Shown piece by piece: positions 8,111-18,886 of a stretch of 64,000 bases of DNA (positions are counted from its first letter, which is position 1; each line of letters starts with the position of its first letter). The stretch is from a virus. The notes under the pieces were generated by a model. That model was not told where the DNA came from. It made no database searches and saw only the letters and a program-made list of their open reading frames with translations. Location of the stretch: positions 64,001 through 128,000 of IMG/VR virus record IMGVR_UViG_3300025127_006147; one strand, 5' to 3'. Position numbers and translations under genes: made by a program.

Positions 8111-9883
8111 ATGAAAAATTACGCAGAACATTTGGGCTGGGAGGTAGACGTGGACTTCCCAAGTTGGGCAAACACACACGTTTATATACAAACTATTTCT
8201 AATGGTTATTTATTACCAGGAGAGAAACCAAAAGACGCATACTGGAGGGTATGTACTACTGTAGCAAAAAGATTAGGTAAACCACAGTTAGCTACTAAAT
8301 TTTTTGATTATATATGGAAAGGATGGTTATGTTTAGCCAGTCCAGTATTAAGTAATACTGGTACTGAAAGAGGATTACCTATTAGTTGTTTCGGTATTGA
8401 TGTAGCTGATTCAATACAGGACATTGGGGCAAAAAATTTGGAAATGATGTTACTAGCTAAACACGGTGGTGGTGTAGGAATTGGTATAAATCAAATTAGA
8501 CCAGCGGGTTCAACAATTACTGATAACGGTACTAGTGATGGTGTTGTACCATTTTGTAAAATTTACGATTCCACGATTTTAGCAACTAATCAAGGTGCAG
8601 TCAGAAGAGGTGCTGCATCAGTTAATCTTAACATTGAACATAATGATTTTATGGATTGGTTAGAAATTAGAGAACCTAAAGGTGATGTTAATAGACAATC
8701 ACTTAATCTACACCAATGTGCCGTTGTTGGAGATAAATTCATGAGAAAATTAGAAGCTGGTGACAAAGAATCTAGAAAAAAATGGGCATCTTTACTTAAA
8801 AAACGTAGACAAACTGGAGAACCATATATTATGTATAGGGGTAATGTTAATAAAACTAATCCAGAATCTTACAAGAAAAATGGTCTAAAAGTTTATATGA
8901 CAAATATTTGTTCTGAAATTGTTTTACACACTGATGAAAATCACTCATTTGTTTGTTGTTTAAGTTCCCTTAATCTTGCAAGATATGATGAATGGAAAGA
9001 TACTGATTTAATTTATACCGCTACGTGGTTCTTAGACGGTGTTCTTGAAGAATTTTTACAGAAAGCAAAATATAGAAAAGGGTTTGAAAATGCTGTAAGA
9101 AGTGCTGAAAAAGGAAGAGCTTTAGGTTTGGGTGTTTTAGGATGGCATACTTTCTTACAACAAAGAGGAATACCTTTTGAAGGACTTCCAGCACAATTCG
9201 AAACACGTAGAATTTTTGGTCAAATTAAAACTGAATCAGAACAAGCTTCTAGAGATTTAGCTACCGAATATGGTGAACCATTATGGTGTGTTGGTAGTGG
9301 ATTTAGAAATAGTCACTTAAGAGCTGTAGCTCCTACAGTATCGAATAGTAAGTTAGCAGGTGGAGTAAGTTCAGGAATAGAACCCTTACCAGCAAATGTA
9401 TATACAGACCAAAGTGCTAAAGGAACTTTTATTAGAAAAAATAAAGAGTTAGAAAAGGTATTTAGAAAAATAGGTATTAACAACAAAGATACTTGGGATA
9501 AAATATTGGCAGATGGTGGTAGTGTACAAGACATTAAAGAACTAGATAATTGGGGATATGTAAATGGTAAGGTTACACATGTTGAAGAAAAAGAAAATTC
9601 ACATACAGATTTTGTGCCAGTGAAAGAAGTCTTTAAAACCTTTAAGGAAGTGAACCAACTAGAATTGGTTAGACAAGCTGGAATTAGACAACAGTATATA
9701 GACCAAGCTGTATCCCTAAACCTAGCTTTTCCTAAAGAAGCTACACCAAAGTGGTTAAACCAAGTTCACTTAGAAGCGTGGAAAATGGGTGTTAAAACAT
9801 TATATTATGTTAGAACTGAAAGTGTCCTTAGAGGTGATATAGCAGCAAGAGCTATGGAAGAGTGTGTTAGTTGTGAAGGTTAG
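8111..9883 (+). CDS. nrdA: ribonucleotide reductase class I alpha subunit, no ATP cone
   Basis: PISCF, GGGVG, RRGA, TNICSEI, CCLSSLN, APTVSNS, TLYYVR, C-terminal CVSCEG. Confidence 0.96.
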   Translation: MKNYAEHLGWEVDVDFPSWANTHVYIQTISNGYLLPGEKPKDAYWRVCTTVAKRLGKPQLATKFFDYIWKGWLCLASPVLSNTGTERGLPISCFGIDVADSIQDIGAKNLEMMLLAKHGGGVGIGINQIRPAGSTITDNGTSDGVVPFCKIYDSTILATNQGAVRRGAASVNLNIEHNDFMDWLEIREPKGDVNRQSLNLHQCAVVGDKFMRKLEAGDKESRKKWASLLKKRRQTGEPYIMYRGNVNKTNPESYKKNGLKVYMTNICSEIVLHTDENHSFVCCLSSLNLARYDEWKDTDLIYTATWFLDGVLEEFLQKAKYRKGFENAVRSAEKGRALGLGVLGWHTFLQQRGIPFEGLPAQFETRRIFGQIKTESEQASRDLATEYGEPLWCVGSGFRNSHLRAVAPTVSNSKLAGGVSSGIEPLPANVYTDQSAKGTFIRKNKELEKVFRKIGINNKDTWDKILADGGSVQDIKELDNWGYVNGKVTHVEEKENSHTDFVPVKEVFKTFKEVNQLELVRQAGIRQQYIDQAVSLNLAFPKEATPKWLNQVHLEAWKMGVKTLYYVRTESVLRGDIAARAMEECVSCEG

Positions 9884-9894
9884 TATTTATTAGT

Positions 9895-10095
9895 ATGTGT
9901 TTAAAATTTGAAAAAGAAGATTTTTATTTAGACGACAACAATAAAATGGTGTTAACAGAAAAATACCATATAAAAAAAGGTTCTTGTTGTGGTGGTAAAT
10001 GTAAACATTGTCCATATTGCCCACCATATCAAAAATCTAACAAAGAATTAAGAGAAGATGTTCACACTGGACCTACACGGTTACAAAATTCATGA
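9895..10095 (+). CDS. small Cys-cluster protein, DUF5522-like
   Basis: DFY...MVLTEKYHIKKGSCCGGKCKHCPY pattern. Confidence 0.75.
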   Translation: MCLKFEKEDFYLDDNNKMVLTEKYHIKKGSCCGGKCKHCPYCPPYQKSNKELREDVHTGPTRLQNS

Positions 10096-10276
10096 AACTC
10101 ATGATGTTGTAGATAGTTTTTTATATGACCATAAATTATATAATACTAAAAGAATAGAAATAATAACTGGAGACAGTAAAGTAATTAAAACCGTAGTCAC
10201 TGAAATTGCAGAGACTTACGGTTTTGAATGCAAACCCCACATCTACAATAAAGAAGTACTTACTCTTTCAGTTTAG
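10058..10276 (+). CDS. stand-alone Smr domain protein
   Basis: TLDLHG and IEIITG motifs, 72 aa. Confidence 0.75.
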   Translation: MFTLDLHGYKIHETHDVVDSFLYDHKLYNTKRIEIITGDSKVIKTVVTEIAETYGFECKPHIYNKEVLTLSV

Positions 10277-10309
10277 ATTTATAAAACTGAATATTTATAA
10301 ATAAAACTC

Positions 10310-10768
10310 ATGGCAGAAAGAGAAACATTTGGTATTGATTTTCCTTTTCAGGATAGTGTTTATGGAGATTATCTAAAAATGACAGAAACTCCAGAAGATG
10401 AAATTAAAGCTAATTTAATTCATTTGTTACTAACTAGAAAAGGCAGTCGATATTTTTTGCCTGACTTTGGTACTTCTTTATACGAGTATATTTTTGAACC
10501 CTTAGACTCACCAACGTTTGCCTCAATAGAGGCAGAGATTAGAGAACAGGTTATAAAATACATACCTAATCTTAAAATTACCAATATAGACGTGACTAGT
10601 GCTTTGGACGCTGAAGAACTTCCAGGAACTGTAGTAGCGGATAATGACCCTCGTGTTTATAGGGTAGCAGGTCAAGGGACTAAAGAACATACAGCAAAAG
10701 TAAGGATAGATTTTACCATAACTAGTGATGCTTTTGATACACGAGATTTTGTAATAATTAATATATAA
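10310..10768 (+). CDS. baseplate wedge protein, gp25/GPW-like
   Basis: IKANLIHLLLTRKGSRYFLPDFGTSLYEYIFEP, I...I.KYIP.L. Confidence 0.9.
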   Translation: MAERETFGIDFPFQDSVYGDYLKMTETPEDEIKANLIHLLLTRKGSRYFLPDFGTSLYEYIFEPLDSPTFASIEAEIREQVIKYIPNLKITNIDVTSALDAEELPGTVVADNDPRVYRVAGQGTKEHTAKVRIDFTITSDAFDTRDFVIINI

Positions 10769-10769
10769 A

Positions 10770-12623
10770 ATGGCAAATAATAAAATATCTTACTCAGAAA
10801 GAGATTTTGTTGGTTTAAGGGGAGAGTTATTAAACTATGTTCAAGACCAATATCCAGACTTAATTCAAAACGCGAACGACGCTTCTTTATTTTCAGTTTT
10901 TTTAGATTTAAACGCGGCGGTCGCTGATAACTTACATTATCACATTGACCGTAGTTTACAAGAAACTGTTTTACAATACGCTAATCAAAGGTCTTCTTTA
11001 TTTAATATTGCTAGGACTTATGGATTGAAAATTCCTGGAACTAGACCTTCAGTATCAGTTTGTGATTTTAGTATTACTGTTCCTGTTTTACAGACTTCTG
11101 GGGGAGGAGATAAAGAAGATTTTAGGTATTTGGGCACATTAAGACGAGGTTCTCAAATAAAAGGAGCCGGACAAGTGTTTGAAAATATTCACGATATAGA
11201 TTTTTCAGTACCATTTGACTCTACTGGATTTCCAAACAGAACTAAAACTCCTAATTTTAATAATAATGGAAACATTGTAAGTTATACAATTACAAAAAGA
11301 GAGGTGGTAATAAATGGTATAACCAAAGTATTCAAGAGAGTTATAACTAGTACTGATGTGTTACCGTTTTTAAAAATATATTTACCAGAAAAAAATGTTT
11401 TAGGGGTGACAGGATTAATACAAAAAGATGGTACAAATATACAAGCGGTACCTAAAGCTACCGAGTTTTTAACTTCTCAAAATAAATGGTATGAAGTAGA
11501 TGCGTTAGCACAAGACAAAGTATTCATTGTCGATTCTAGTAAACCTTCTGATTTACCTGGTGTTAAAGTTGGTAAATGGGAAACCGCAAATCAAAGGTTT
11601 ATAACTGAGTATACACCAGAAGGTTTTTTCTATCTAACATTAGGTGGTGGTACTAGTAGTTCACAAAACTCGTTAGATGATTTTACAACACAAGGGTTTA
11701 CGATGGACTTAAGTAGATATATGAACAATTTTTCTTTAGGAAGTTCACCTAGAGCTAATACTACTTTATTTATTCAGTACAGAGTGGGTGGTGGACAATC
11801 TACTAATATAGGTCCTAACACCTTAAATAGTTTTGGTACCATAGACTTTGTTTTAAATGGACCAAACGTCAACATAAATAGGTCAGTTAATGAATCTTTA
11901 AGTGTTAATAATGTTACCGCTGCTATTGGAGGTTCTAATCAACCTACAGTAGAGGAAATTAGAAATTATATTGGTTTTAATTTTTCATCACAAAAAAGAG
12001 CTGTGACATTATCAGACTACAAAGTTTTAATTGAAACAATGCCTTCAGTTTTTGGTGCACCAGCAAAATGTGGGGTTATGGAAGTTGAAAATAAAATTAT
12101 GGTTAAGTTACTTTCATATAATACTGATGGTTCACTTACCTCTAATGTTAGTACTACTTTAATGGATAACATTAGTGAGTATTTGTCTGATTTTAGAATG
12201 TTAAATGATTATTTGACTATTGAACCCGCAGAAGTTATAGACTTGTCTTTAGAAATAGACTTATTGATTGACCCGTCATTTAATAGTGGAGCAATAATTA
12301 CAAATGTAATTAATACTACTAATGATTTCTTTGCTCCTAGAAATAGAGAAATGGGTACTGATATTTTTGTTGGTGAACTTATAAAAAATCTTGCAGCACA
12401 AGATGGGGTTAAAAACTTAATCGATTTAAGAATTTTTAATAAAGTAGGTGGAGAATATTCCAGTAATGAGGTTTCACAAAGATACTTGGATGATGAAACC
12501 AGACAGATAGAATTAATAGATGGTGTAATTTTTGCTCAACCAACCCAGTCATTCCAAGTTAAATATCCTACTAAAGATGTAATAGTTAGAGTAAAGTCTA
12601 CAAATCAAACAACTGTCTCTTAA
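10770..12623 (+). CDS. baseplate wedge protein, T4 gp6 / baseplate-J-like
   Basis: YSERDF..LR.ELLNY, SL..IA..YG, YRVGGG..TNI, AIGG....T.EEIR, QKRAVTLSDY; follows gp25. Confidence 0.88.
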   Translation: MANNKISYSERDFVGLRGELLNYVQDQYPDLIQNANDASLFSVFLDLNAAVADNLHYHIDRSLQETVLQYANQRSSLFNIARTYGLKIPGTRPSVSVCDFSITVPVLQTSGGGDKEDFRYLGTLRRGSQIKGAGQVFENIHDIDFSVPFDSTGFPNRTKTPNFNNNGNIVSYTITKREVVINGITKVFKRVITSTDVLPFLKIYLPEKNVLGVTGLIQKDGTNIQAVPKATEFLTSQNKWYEVDALAQDKVFIVDSSKPSDLPGVKVGKWETANQRFITEYTPEGFFYLTLGGGTSSSQNSLDDFTTQGFTMDLSRYMNNFSLGSSPRANTTLFIQYRVGGGQSTNIGPNTLNSFGTIDFVLNGPNVNINRSVNESLSVNNVTAAIGGSNQPTVEEIRNYIGFNFSSQKRAVTLSDYKVLIETMPSVFGAPAKCGVMEVENKIMVKLLSYNTDGSLTSNVSTTLMDNISEYLSDFRMLNDYLTIEPAEVIDLSLEIDLLIDPSFNSGAIITNVINTTNDFFAPRNREMGTDIFVGELIKNLAAQDGVKNLIDLRIFNKVGGEYSSNEVSQRYLDDETRQIELIDGVIFAQPTQSFQVKYPTKDVIVRVKSTNQTTVS

Positions 12624-12697
12624 TTAGTTTACATATTTCACTATCCTATTAAATTTGATTTTAAGGAAATAACTATTTATTTTATAAAGAATCAAGT

Positions 12698-15600
12698 ATG
12701 CCTAAATCATATAGGATTAAAGCCCAACCTAACGAAGACAAAAATATATTTGTCAATTTAGAACAAGACTTTGACCAACTAGAAATATTAAGTTTAAAGA
12801 TAGTTAAGTCAGATGTCTATTCTAGAACCTGTGCAGACTACGGTGTAATAGTAGGTCGTGCACAAGCAAATGGTGGTTTCGGTATTCCTAACGCAAAAGT
12901 TTCTGTATTTATACCCATTACAGATGAAGACGCGGAAGACGAAGTAATATCTCAATTATACCCTTTTAGGCAAGTTACAGATAAAAATGAGGAAGGTTAT
13001 AGGTACAACTTACTCCCTAAAGAATCTGAAAGTTGTAATCATAATGCAACGGGTAATTTTTTCACAGCAAAAGAAGTTATAAATAATCCAGTAGTATTAG
13101 AAGTATTTGAAAAGTACTATAAGTTTACCACTAAAACCAACGAGAGTGGTGATTACATGTTGTGGGGAGTTCCTTTAGGTAACCAAACTATACATACTAG
13201 TATTGATGTTAGTGATATTGGTTGTTATTCGATGAGACCGTATCAATTTATTAGACAAGGGATAAGTCCATCAAAATTTGAAAGTTCACTAGAATTTAAA
13301 ACTTCAGAAAATTTAGACACTTTACCACAGATAGTATTACAAAATAAGGCAATACAAGTAGTTCCTTTTTGGGGTGATGAAGATTTATGTGGTGTAGGTA
13401 TAACTAGAGTAGATTTTGATTTGAGAGATTCTGGTGTAGAGATAGAACCTAGTGCTACTTTTATGGGTTCTATTATAACAGATGACGATAATAATTATGT
13501 TTCAGTAGGGGGTGTACCTGCTAAAGAACAAGGACAGTTATGTAATTTAACTACAGGTACAGGTACTATTGAAGCTGTTAGACATACAATATTAAAAGAA
13601 GAAGACGGATGTACCCCAAAACTAGAGAAATTTAATCTAGATAATGGAGGTAAATTAATTGACGGTAATGGAACTTGGGTAACTCAATTACCTATGAATT
13701 TGGATTATGTGGTGACTAATGAGTATGGCCAAAAAGTTATATCAGATGACCCTAAAGTAGGAATCGCTACCAAAGCAAAATACAGATTTAGAATTTCATT
13801 TGATGGTACAGGGGGTGAGGTAAGAAGTGGAAGATACTTGGTGCCTAATTTAAGAGAATATAGTGACGGTACTAATGCACCCAGAAATTATAGTTTTTCA
13901 GATAGTTTATTTGATTATCCTGAAGTTACTGTTCCCGCGGACATATACGGTTCTCCAGCTAATCAGTGTACGGATTATTTTTATGAGTTTTTACCCAATA
14001 GAGTTTATAGTGTAGCTAATTTTATAGATAATTATAGAAAAAATATTAATCCTGGTGGAAATAGAAGTGCCAATAGTAGGTGGAGATTTTTAGGAATTAA
14101 ATCTATAAATCCACCCGCTGAAACTAGATGTACTGATATTACTAAAGAATTTCCAGTGAATGATGCTTTTAGAGGTGGTACCACTAGATTTTCTACCGCA
14201 CAAATAACAAGACTACTACAAGTAATAACATTAACAATTGCAGCATCTCTCATAAGTTACCAATTAATAGCTCTAATAGCTCAATTTGGTCAAATGGCGT
14301 TAAGGTCAGTTACTGCGGTTAGTTTAGTAACTGTGGGTGGAGTAGCTTCTGCCTCCGTTATAGACCTTCCTGTGGGTGTTTCCATCTTAGCTAATTTTAC
14401 GGGAGATATGATAGCGGGATTTATCACAATACCTATTTTGGGTGTATTTTTATATATTCCCATGGCATGGAGTATGGTTAAAAATTTCTATGTAGTAAGA
14501 AAATTGTATAACTACCCTAACTGTGAACCATGTGCTTGTGGGTCATCATTCAAATTTGATGTATACATACTTATTAGTTTATTTATAAACGAAGAAGATA
14601 AAGTTTTACAGGAGACTATAGCTGATGACCCAGGAAGTATAAACGACTGTAATAATGAAAGATACATGTTAGGTTTTCCTAATGACAATGCATTTTATTG
14701 GACAGGAAAACAAAATAATTTTCCTAGGGGATGTTATGTTTTACAGTTTAGAGATGCGGTATTTATCGCATTTACCACCTCGATAGGTGTTTTAACAGCT
14801 GCTTCTTACGCACCATTTAATATTGGTGCGATAGGTGTGTACGTAGCAATAGGGGTAACCCTTATAAGTACATTTGTAAGTTGTTTGGATAGTGTTTATA
14901 GAATGTATCGTAGTTTAAATCAATGGAGAGTACTTGCTAATATCTACACAGCTTTATGTGAGGGGGTGTTTAATATGAAATTTAGTAATAACTGGATTAA
15001 TGGGACACTATATTTCCCTAAATTCATGGTTAAAAAAGAAAAAATAAATCAGACTGATGGAAGTGTTGGGACAGGTGATTTGGATTATGATGGTAAACTA
15101 GTAGAAGCAAAAACTGAAAATGATAACACTTATTTTTACTATAGAAGTTGTCCTTTTGGTGTTACAGGTTTTGAAACTCAGAACCTCACAAAAGACCAAG
15201 GTACGGGGTCAGCCGCTGCTCATAGAGGAATAAATTTCCCAACTACTATAGTAGATTTGGGACCTTTAGATAGTTGCATAACAGAATTATGTAGAGAATC
15301 TGATACCCCAGATGGGGAATGTATCTATGTTGATAAATTAAAACCTAGTAGTTTCCAACCCAGCAGTGAGTTGTTAGGAATGTTAGTAGAAAGAAAAATT
15401 GCTGCTATAGGAACCTACAATCAATTCGTATGGTCTGGAGTAAATAAATGGTTTGGTGCAGACGGTAAACCAGGTGCCACTTACGATAGAAATACTGGGA
15501 ATGTAAGAACAGGTAGTGATGGAGATAATACTAACCCAGGACCATATAGAAATAGGGTAATAGATGGAGATATAGCACAATTATTGGCAACTAACAATCA

Positions 15601-16183
15601 AATGGGTATTTCAGTATTTTCTACAGATTTAGCCGATAGTTATTATGGTCAAGGTACTGTATGGTTTGGACAGTATGGGGGAGGTTCTGGGTTTCCGTAT
15701 AATCCAGGTTCACAAACAGGTTACTTAGGGGCCACATTTACAAATTTCCAATTAATACCAAGAGACCCCGATTTAATAAATTGTATACAAGGAGGTAATT
15801 TTGGTATTAAAAACACACAAGTGGTCCCATATTATACTTGGAATTCCGCATCTAGTTATGGTACCTTTAATAACGATTACGATTTTTGGCCAAACTCGGT
15901 AGGAATAAAAGGATACCAACAAGGATTAGCAAATCCAGAACCTTCATCTACTAGTTCTGTAAGTTGGAGTAATCCAGCATATTATGCCGGAGATAGTTCT
16001 TCACCCCTACCAGCTTTAGGTTATTTCAGTACTATACCGACAACCCAACCCACTTCACCAGGTGGAAGTTTTAGGTTAGGTACAGGACTTTATTTTTATT
16101 TTGGTTTAAGACAAGGAGCTTCAGCGTATGAAAGATTCATAAACGAATATTTACCACCAAAAGACGATGGAAACCAATTATAA
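12698..16183 (+). CDS. large baseplate/tail-associated protein with internal hydrophobic segments
   Basis: N-terminal beta-sandwich-like region (GVIVGR...GIPNAKVSVF...KTNESGDYMLWGVPLG), two long hydrophobic stretches, position in the baseplate operon. Confidence 0.6.
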   Translation: MPKSYRIKAQPNEDKNIFVNLEQDFDQLEILSLKIVKSDVYSRTCADYGVIVGRAQANGGFGIPNAKVSVFIPITDEDAEDEVISQLYPFRQVTDKNEEGYRYNLLPKESESCNHNATGNFFTAKEVINNPVVLEVFEKYYKFTTKTNESGDYMLWGVPLGNQTIHTSIDVSDIGCYSMRPYQFIRQGISPSKFESSLEFKTSENLDTLPQIVLQNKAIQVVPFWGDEDLCGVGITRVDFDLRDSGVEIEPSATFMGSIITDDDNNYVSVGGVPAKEQGQLCNLTTGTGTIEAVRHTILKEEDGCTPKLEKFNLDNGGKLIDGNGTWVTQLPMNLDYVVTNEYGQKVISDDPKVGIATKAKYRFRISFDGTGGEVRSGRYLVPNLREYSDGTNAPRNYSFSDSLFDYPEVTVPADIYGSPANQCTDYFYEFLPNRVYSVANFIDNYRKNINPGGNRSANSRWRFLGIKSINPPAETRCTDITKEFPVNDAFRGGTTRFSTAQITRLLQVITLTIAASLISYQLIALIAQFGQMALRSVTAVSLVTVGGVASASVIDLPVGVSILANFTGDMIAGFITIPILGVFLYIPMAWSMVKNFYVVRKLYNYPNCEPCACGSSFKFDVYILISLFINEEDKVLQETIADDPGSINDCNNERYMLGFPNDNAFYWTGKQNNFPRGCYVLQFRDAVFIAFTTSIGVLTAASYAPFNIGAIGVYVAIGVTLISTFVSCLDSVYRMYRSLNQWRVLANIYTALCEGVFNMKFSNNWINGTLYFPKFMVKKEKINQTDGSVGTGDLDYDGKLVEAKTENDNTYFYYRSCPFGVTGFETQNLTKDQGTGSAAAHRGINFPTTIVDLGPLDSCITELCRESDTPDGECIYVDKLKPSSFQPSSELLGMLVERKIAAIGTYNQFVWSGVNKWFGADGKPGATYDRNTGNVRTGSDGDNTNPGPYRNRVIDGDIAQLLATNNQMGISVFSTDLADSYYGQGTVWFGQYGGGSGFPYNPGSQTGYLGATFTNFQLIPRDPDLINCIQGGNFGIKNTQVVPYYTWNSASSYGTFNNDYDFWPNSVGIKGYQQGLANPEPSSTSSVSWSNPAYYAGDSSSPLPALGYFSTIPTTQPTSPGGSFRLGTGLYFYFGLRQGASAYERFINEYLPPKDDGNQL

Positions 16184-17885
16184 ATTAATACCCATAGATA
16201 AACAATATAAGGGTGCTCCATTAGTTGATACTACCCTAGATATTAATTTAGAAAATACTAATAGACATTTAATTGAGGGAGATATAACAGTTCCTTTAAA
16301 TTTAGCTGAGAGATTTAATGATGAAAGACAAAATTTTTCACTATATAGAATTTATGGTAAATTACAACCATTTATTGAAAATGCTTATTCAGGTAGAGCA
16401 GACCAGACAGTTTCTAATTTAATTTATAATATGTACTTAACTAGTTCTTATTTGAGTGCAAATACTACTAATACTACAGTTAATTTTAAAGGTTATCCAG
16501 ATTTTTCCGAATTTGATTTTATTAGAAATGATGTAGATGAATCAGTTAATGATGAAACAAACTGGAATTTATATATAACCGTACCTACAACTTGTAATGA
16601 ATTACAAGAAATGTCGTTTACCGCAGAAGAGGGTGGGTTAAGTATGTCTTTTTCAGCATATGAAGGAATACCTTATAGTATTAAAAATAAAAAAGTAGGT
16701 GGTAAAAATCTTTTAGAATTTACTTGTCCAGTACCGCATGGTCTACAAAAAGATAATTATGTAGTTTTAGATATAAAAGAACCATTTTATTCTTTTAGTA
16801 ATGGTATAACAACTTACCCAGTTTATAGTTTAGGTAATGGTAAAAGAAAAAGTGAAAAAAATGTGTTTAACCTTTATATCCCGCAAGTAGACATTGGAAG
16901 TAACCCTATTAATGACGGGACTTTAGGTGTATTTAAAAGACAGTTAAATAAAAATGATAATAAAAGTATTTCTAATTACTATGTTATAGTACATGAAATA
17001 GTAACTAATGTAGAAGACTATCAGATAACTCAATGTGGGTTTGCTGAAGGAGTGTTTAAAAGAACTGAAAAATTTCAGTCAAAACAAAATTCACCGAATA
17101 ATGAAGATAGAATTGCTGTTAAACAAGCCTATCCAACTTATGTTTATACATTTACTAAAGATATAAATGTTAAAAAATATTTAGATAATTTAAAAAGACC
17201 TTTAACTACTTTATACGTTACCACATTATTAAGAAATAATTTAGGTTACTTTGACTATCCACCAAAATATGGATGGAATTGGAATTTCCCATATTCGTTT
17301 ACTGATACCGCTACAAACGCTCAAATAGTAAAAGGTAATCCTAGTGACCTACAACCTGTTACAGGCTTGATATATACGTACCCTGGTGGGGTGCCTGGAC
17401 CTTTAAAATCTGGTCTACCCTTAGTTCCTGGAGACAAACTAAGAGGAGCTTTTACTGAGTATAACACATATGAATTAAAAGAAAGGACCATATCGGATAT
17501 AAAACATAATTTTAATTTTAATGCTCAAGTTTTTAATGGTTCAGAAGGATATACATACAAACCCCACTATCCAGTACCAATTAGAGTATATTCAGACTAT
17601 ATAGAAAGTGGGGACCCAAATAAGATAGCTAACATACCAAATTATGCGACTTATTTTGAAATAGAGAAAACTTGGAAATGGAGAGACATATATGAAATAG
17701 GTTTTGTAGAAGGTAATAATGGTGTCGATTACCCTTTCTTAAACGCGGCTCACTATCCTAGAAAAGATATTAATTTCTTTACTTCTAGAACTGTTAGAAG
17801 TACAGCCTTTAGTAGCACTGATTCTGTATCATTTAGTGGTGCAAATAATACATTAGAAAATTTTGTGATTGATGGCTGTGAATAA
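16167..17885 (+). CDS. putative virion structural protein
   Basis: 572 aa, overlaps both neighbours in the structural operon. Confidence 0.55.
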   Translation: METNYKLIPIDKQYKGAPLVDTTLDINLENTNRHLIEGDITVPLNLAERFNDERQNFSLYRIYGKLQPFIENAYSGRADQTVSNLIYNMYLTSSYLSANTTNTTVNFKGYPDFSEFDFIRNDVDESVNDETNWNLYITVPTTCNELQEMSFTAEEGGLSMSFSAYEGIPYSIKNKKVGGKNLLEFTCPVPHGLQKDNYVVLDIKEPFYSFSNGITTYPVYSLGNGKRKSEKNVFNLYIPQVDIGSNPINDGTLGVFKRQLNKNDNKSISNYYVIVHEIVTNVEDYQITQCGFAEGVFKRTEKFQSKQNSPNNEDRIAVKQAYPTYVYTFTKDINVKKYLDNLKRPLTTLYVTTLLRNNLGYFDYPPKYGWNWNFPYSFTDTATNAQIVKGNPSDLQPVTGLIYTYPGGVPGPLKSGLPLVPGDKLRGAFTEYNTYELKERTISDIKHNFNFNAQVFNGSEGYTYKPHYPVPIRVYSDYIESGDPNKIANIPNYATYFEIEKTWKWRDIYEIGFVEGNNGVDYPFLNAAHYPRKDINFFTSRTVRSTAFSSTDSVSFSGANNTLENFVIDGCE

Positions 17886-18885
17886 AATAAAAATAAGAGT
17901 AAATCAAGTTAAAGACGGTATATATGACCGCCAAATGGTTTTTCCTTTAGGTCAAACTTATGATGAAGTAGGTAGAGAAGATTTAATTCAAACCTATGAA
18001 GATGAAACTATCGATAAATTAGTTGGAATTAAAAAAGATTATGAAGTAGCTAGGTATACTCACGCACCACTATTAAACGGAGACCCAAGCCCCAACCTCT
18101 TTTATAATTTTAATTTTGGTACTATGGTAAACTCTAACCCTAATACTTTTCTTACATTATTTCCTAATGAACCCCAGGTTAATGGGAGTTGGGGTAGTAA
18201 TCCACCATGCCCTCCTAGTTTACAAGATTACTATCCAGACAATAGTACCAATAGCATATACCAACCTTATGACCCAAATATTATAACAGATTGGTATGGA
18301 TATGATTTTCAAAATTTTATACCTGAAGAAACTTATAAAAATAATAAATCTTTTACTAAAAGTTTTTTTAAATTAGATTTATATAATAGTAGGGACAGAA
18401 AACAACAAAAACTTTTTATAAGTATAATAATAAGTCCTATAAATGGTATAAAAATATTAAGACCAACACTAAGTGTACAATGTCCAGCTGAAATACCCGA
18501 TGGTAGATATAATTGTAGACCAGAGGGTGAACAATTTTGTCCTACCCCTAATTTTAATTTAGACCCAGTAAACAATAATGAGGGTTATTTTATATACTGG
18601 TTAAAAGAAAAAACATTTTTAGATTTGGATGTGTTTTATATGAGTTGTAAATTTTATAATGCTAAAACTGGTGTGGTAACTCAAATGATTAATACCCCAC
18701 AACAAGACATAAACACCATCACAAACCAACCCTTTAGTATATCAAAAGAAAATTATTACTATTACAGAGTTGTACTAAATCAAGACAGATTTACATATAC
18801 AATATTTAGAACTTCGGATGGAGTACGTGTTGGTGAAGACGCAACCAACCCAATAAAATTTTACCAATACTTTAATTCACCTTAA
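17872..18885 (+). CDS. putative virion structural protein
   Basis: ATG 17872 preferred to TTG 17869; operon context. Confidence 0.55.
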   Translation: MAVNKIKIRVNQVKDGIYDRQMVFPLGQTYDEVGREDLIQTYEDETIDKLVGIKKDYEVARYTHAPLLNGDPSPNLFYNFNFGTMVNSNPNTFLTLFPNEPQVNGSWGSNPPCPPSLQDYYPDNSTNSIYQPYDPNIITDWYGYDFQNFIPEETYKNNKSFTKSFFKLDLYNSRDRKQQKLFISIIISPINGIKILRPTLSVQCPAEIPDGRYNCRPEGEQFCPTPNFNLDPVNNNEGYFIYWLKEKTFLDLDVFYMSCKFYNAKTGVVTQMINTPQQDINTITNQPFSISKENYYYYRVVLNQDRFTYTIFRTSDGVRVGEDATNPIKFYQYFNSP

Positions 18886-18886
18886 A

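Noticed and set aside
2719-9883. Inteins or group I introns in recA, helicase or nrdA/nrdB
   Set aside because: Proteins are of normal length with contiguous motifs; no homing endonuclease or splice-junction residues seen.
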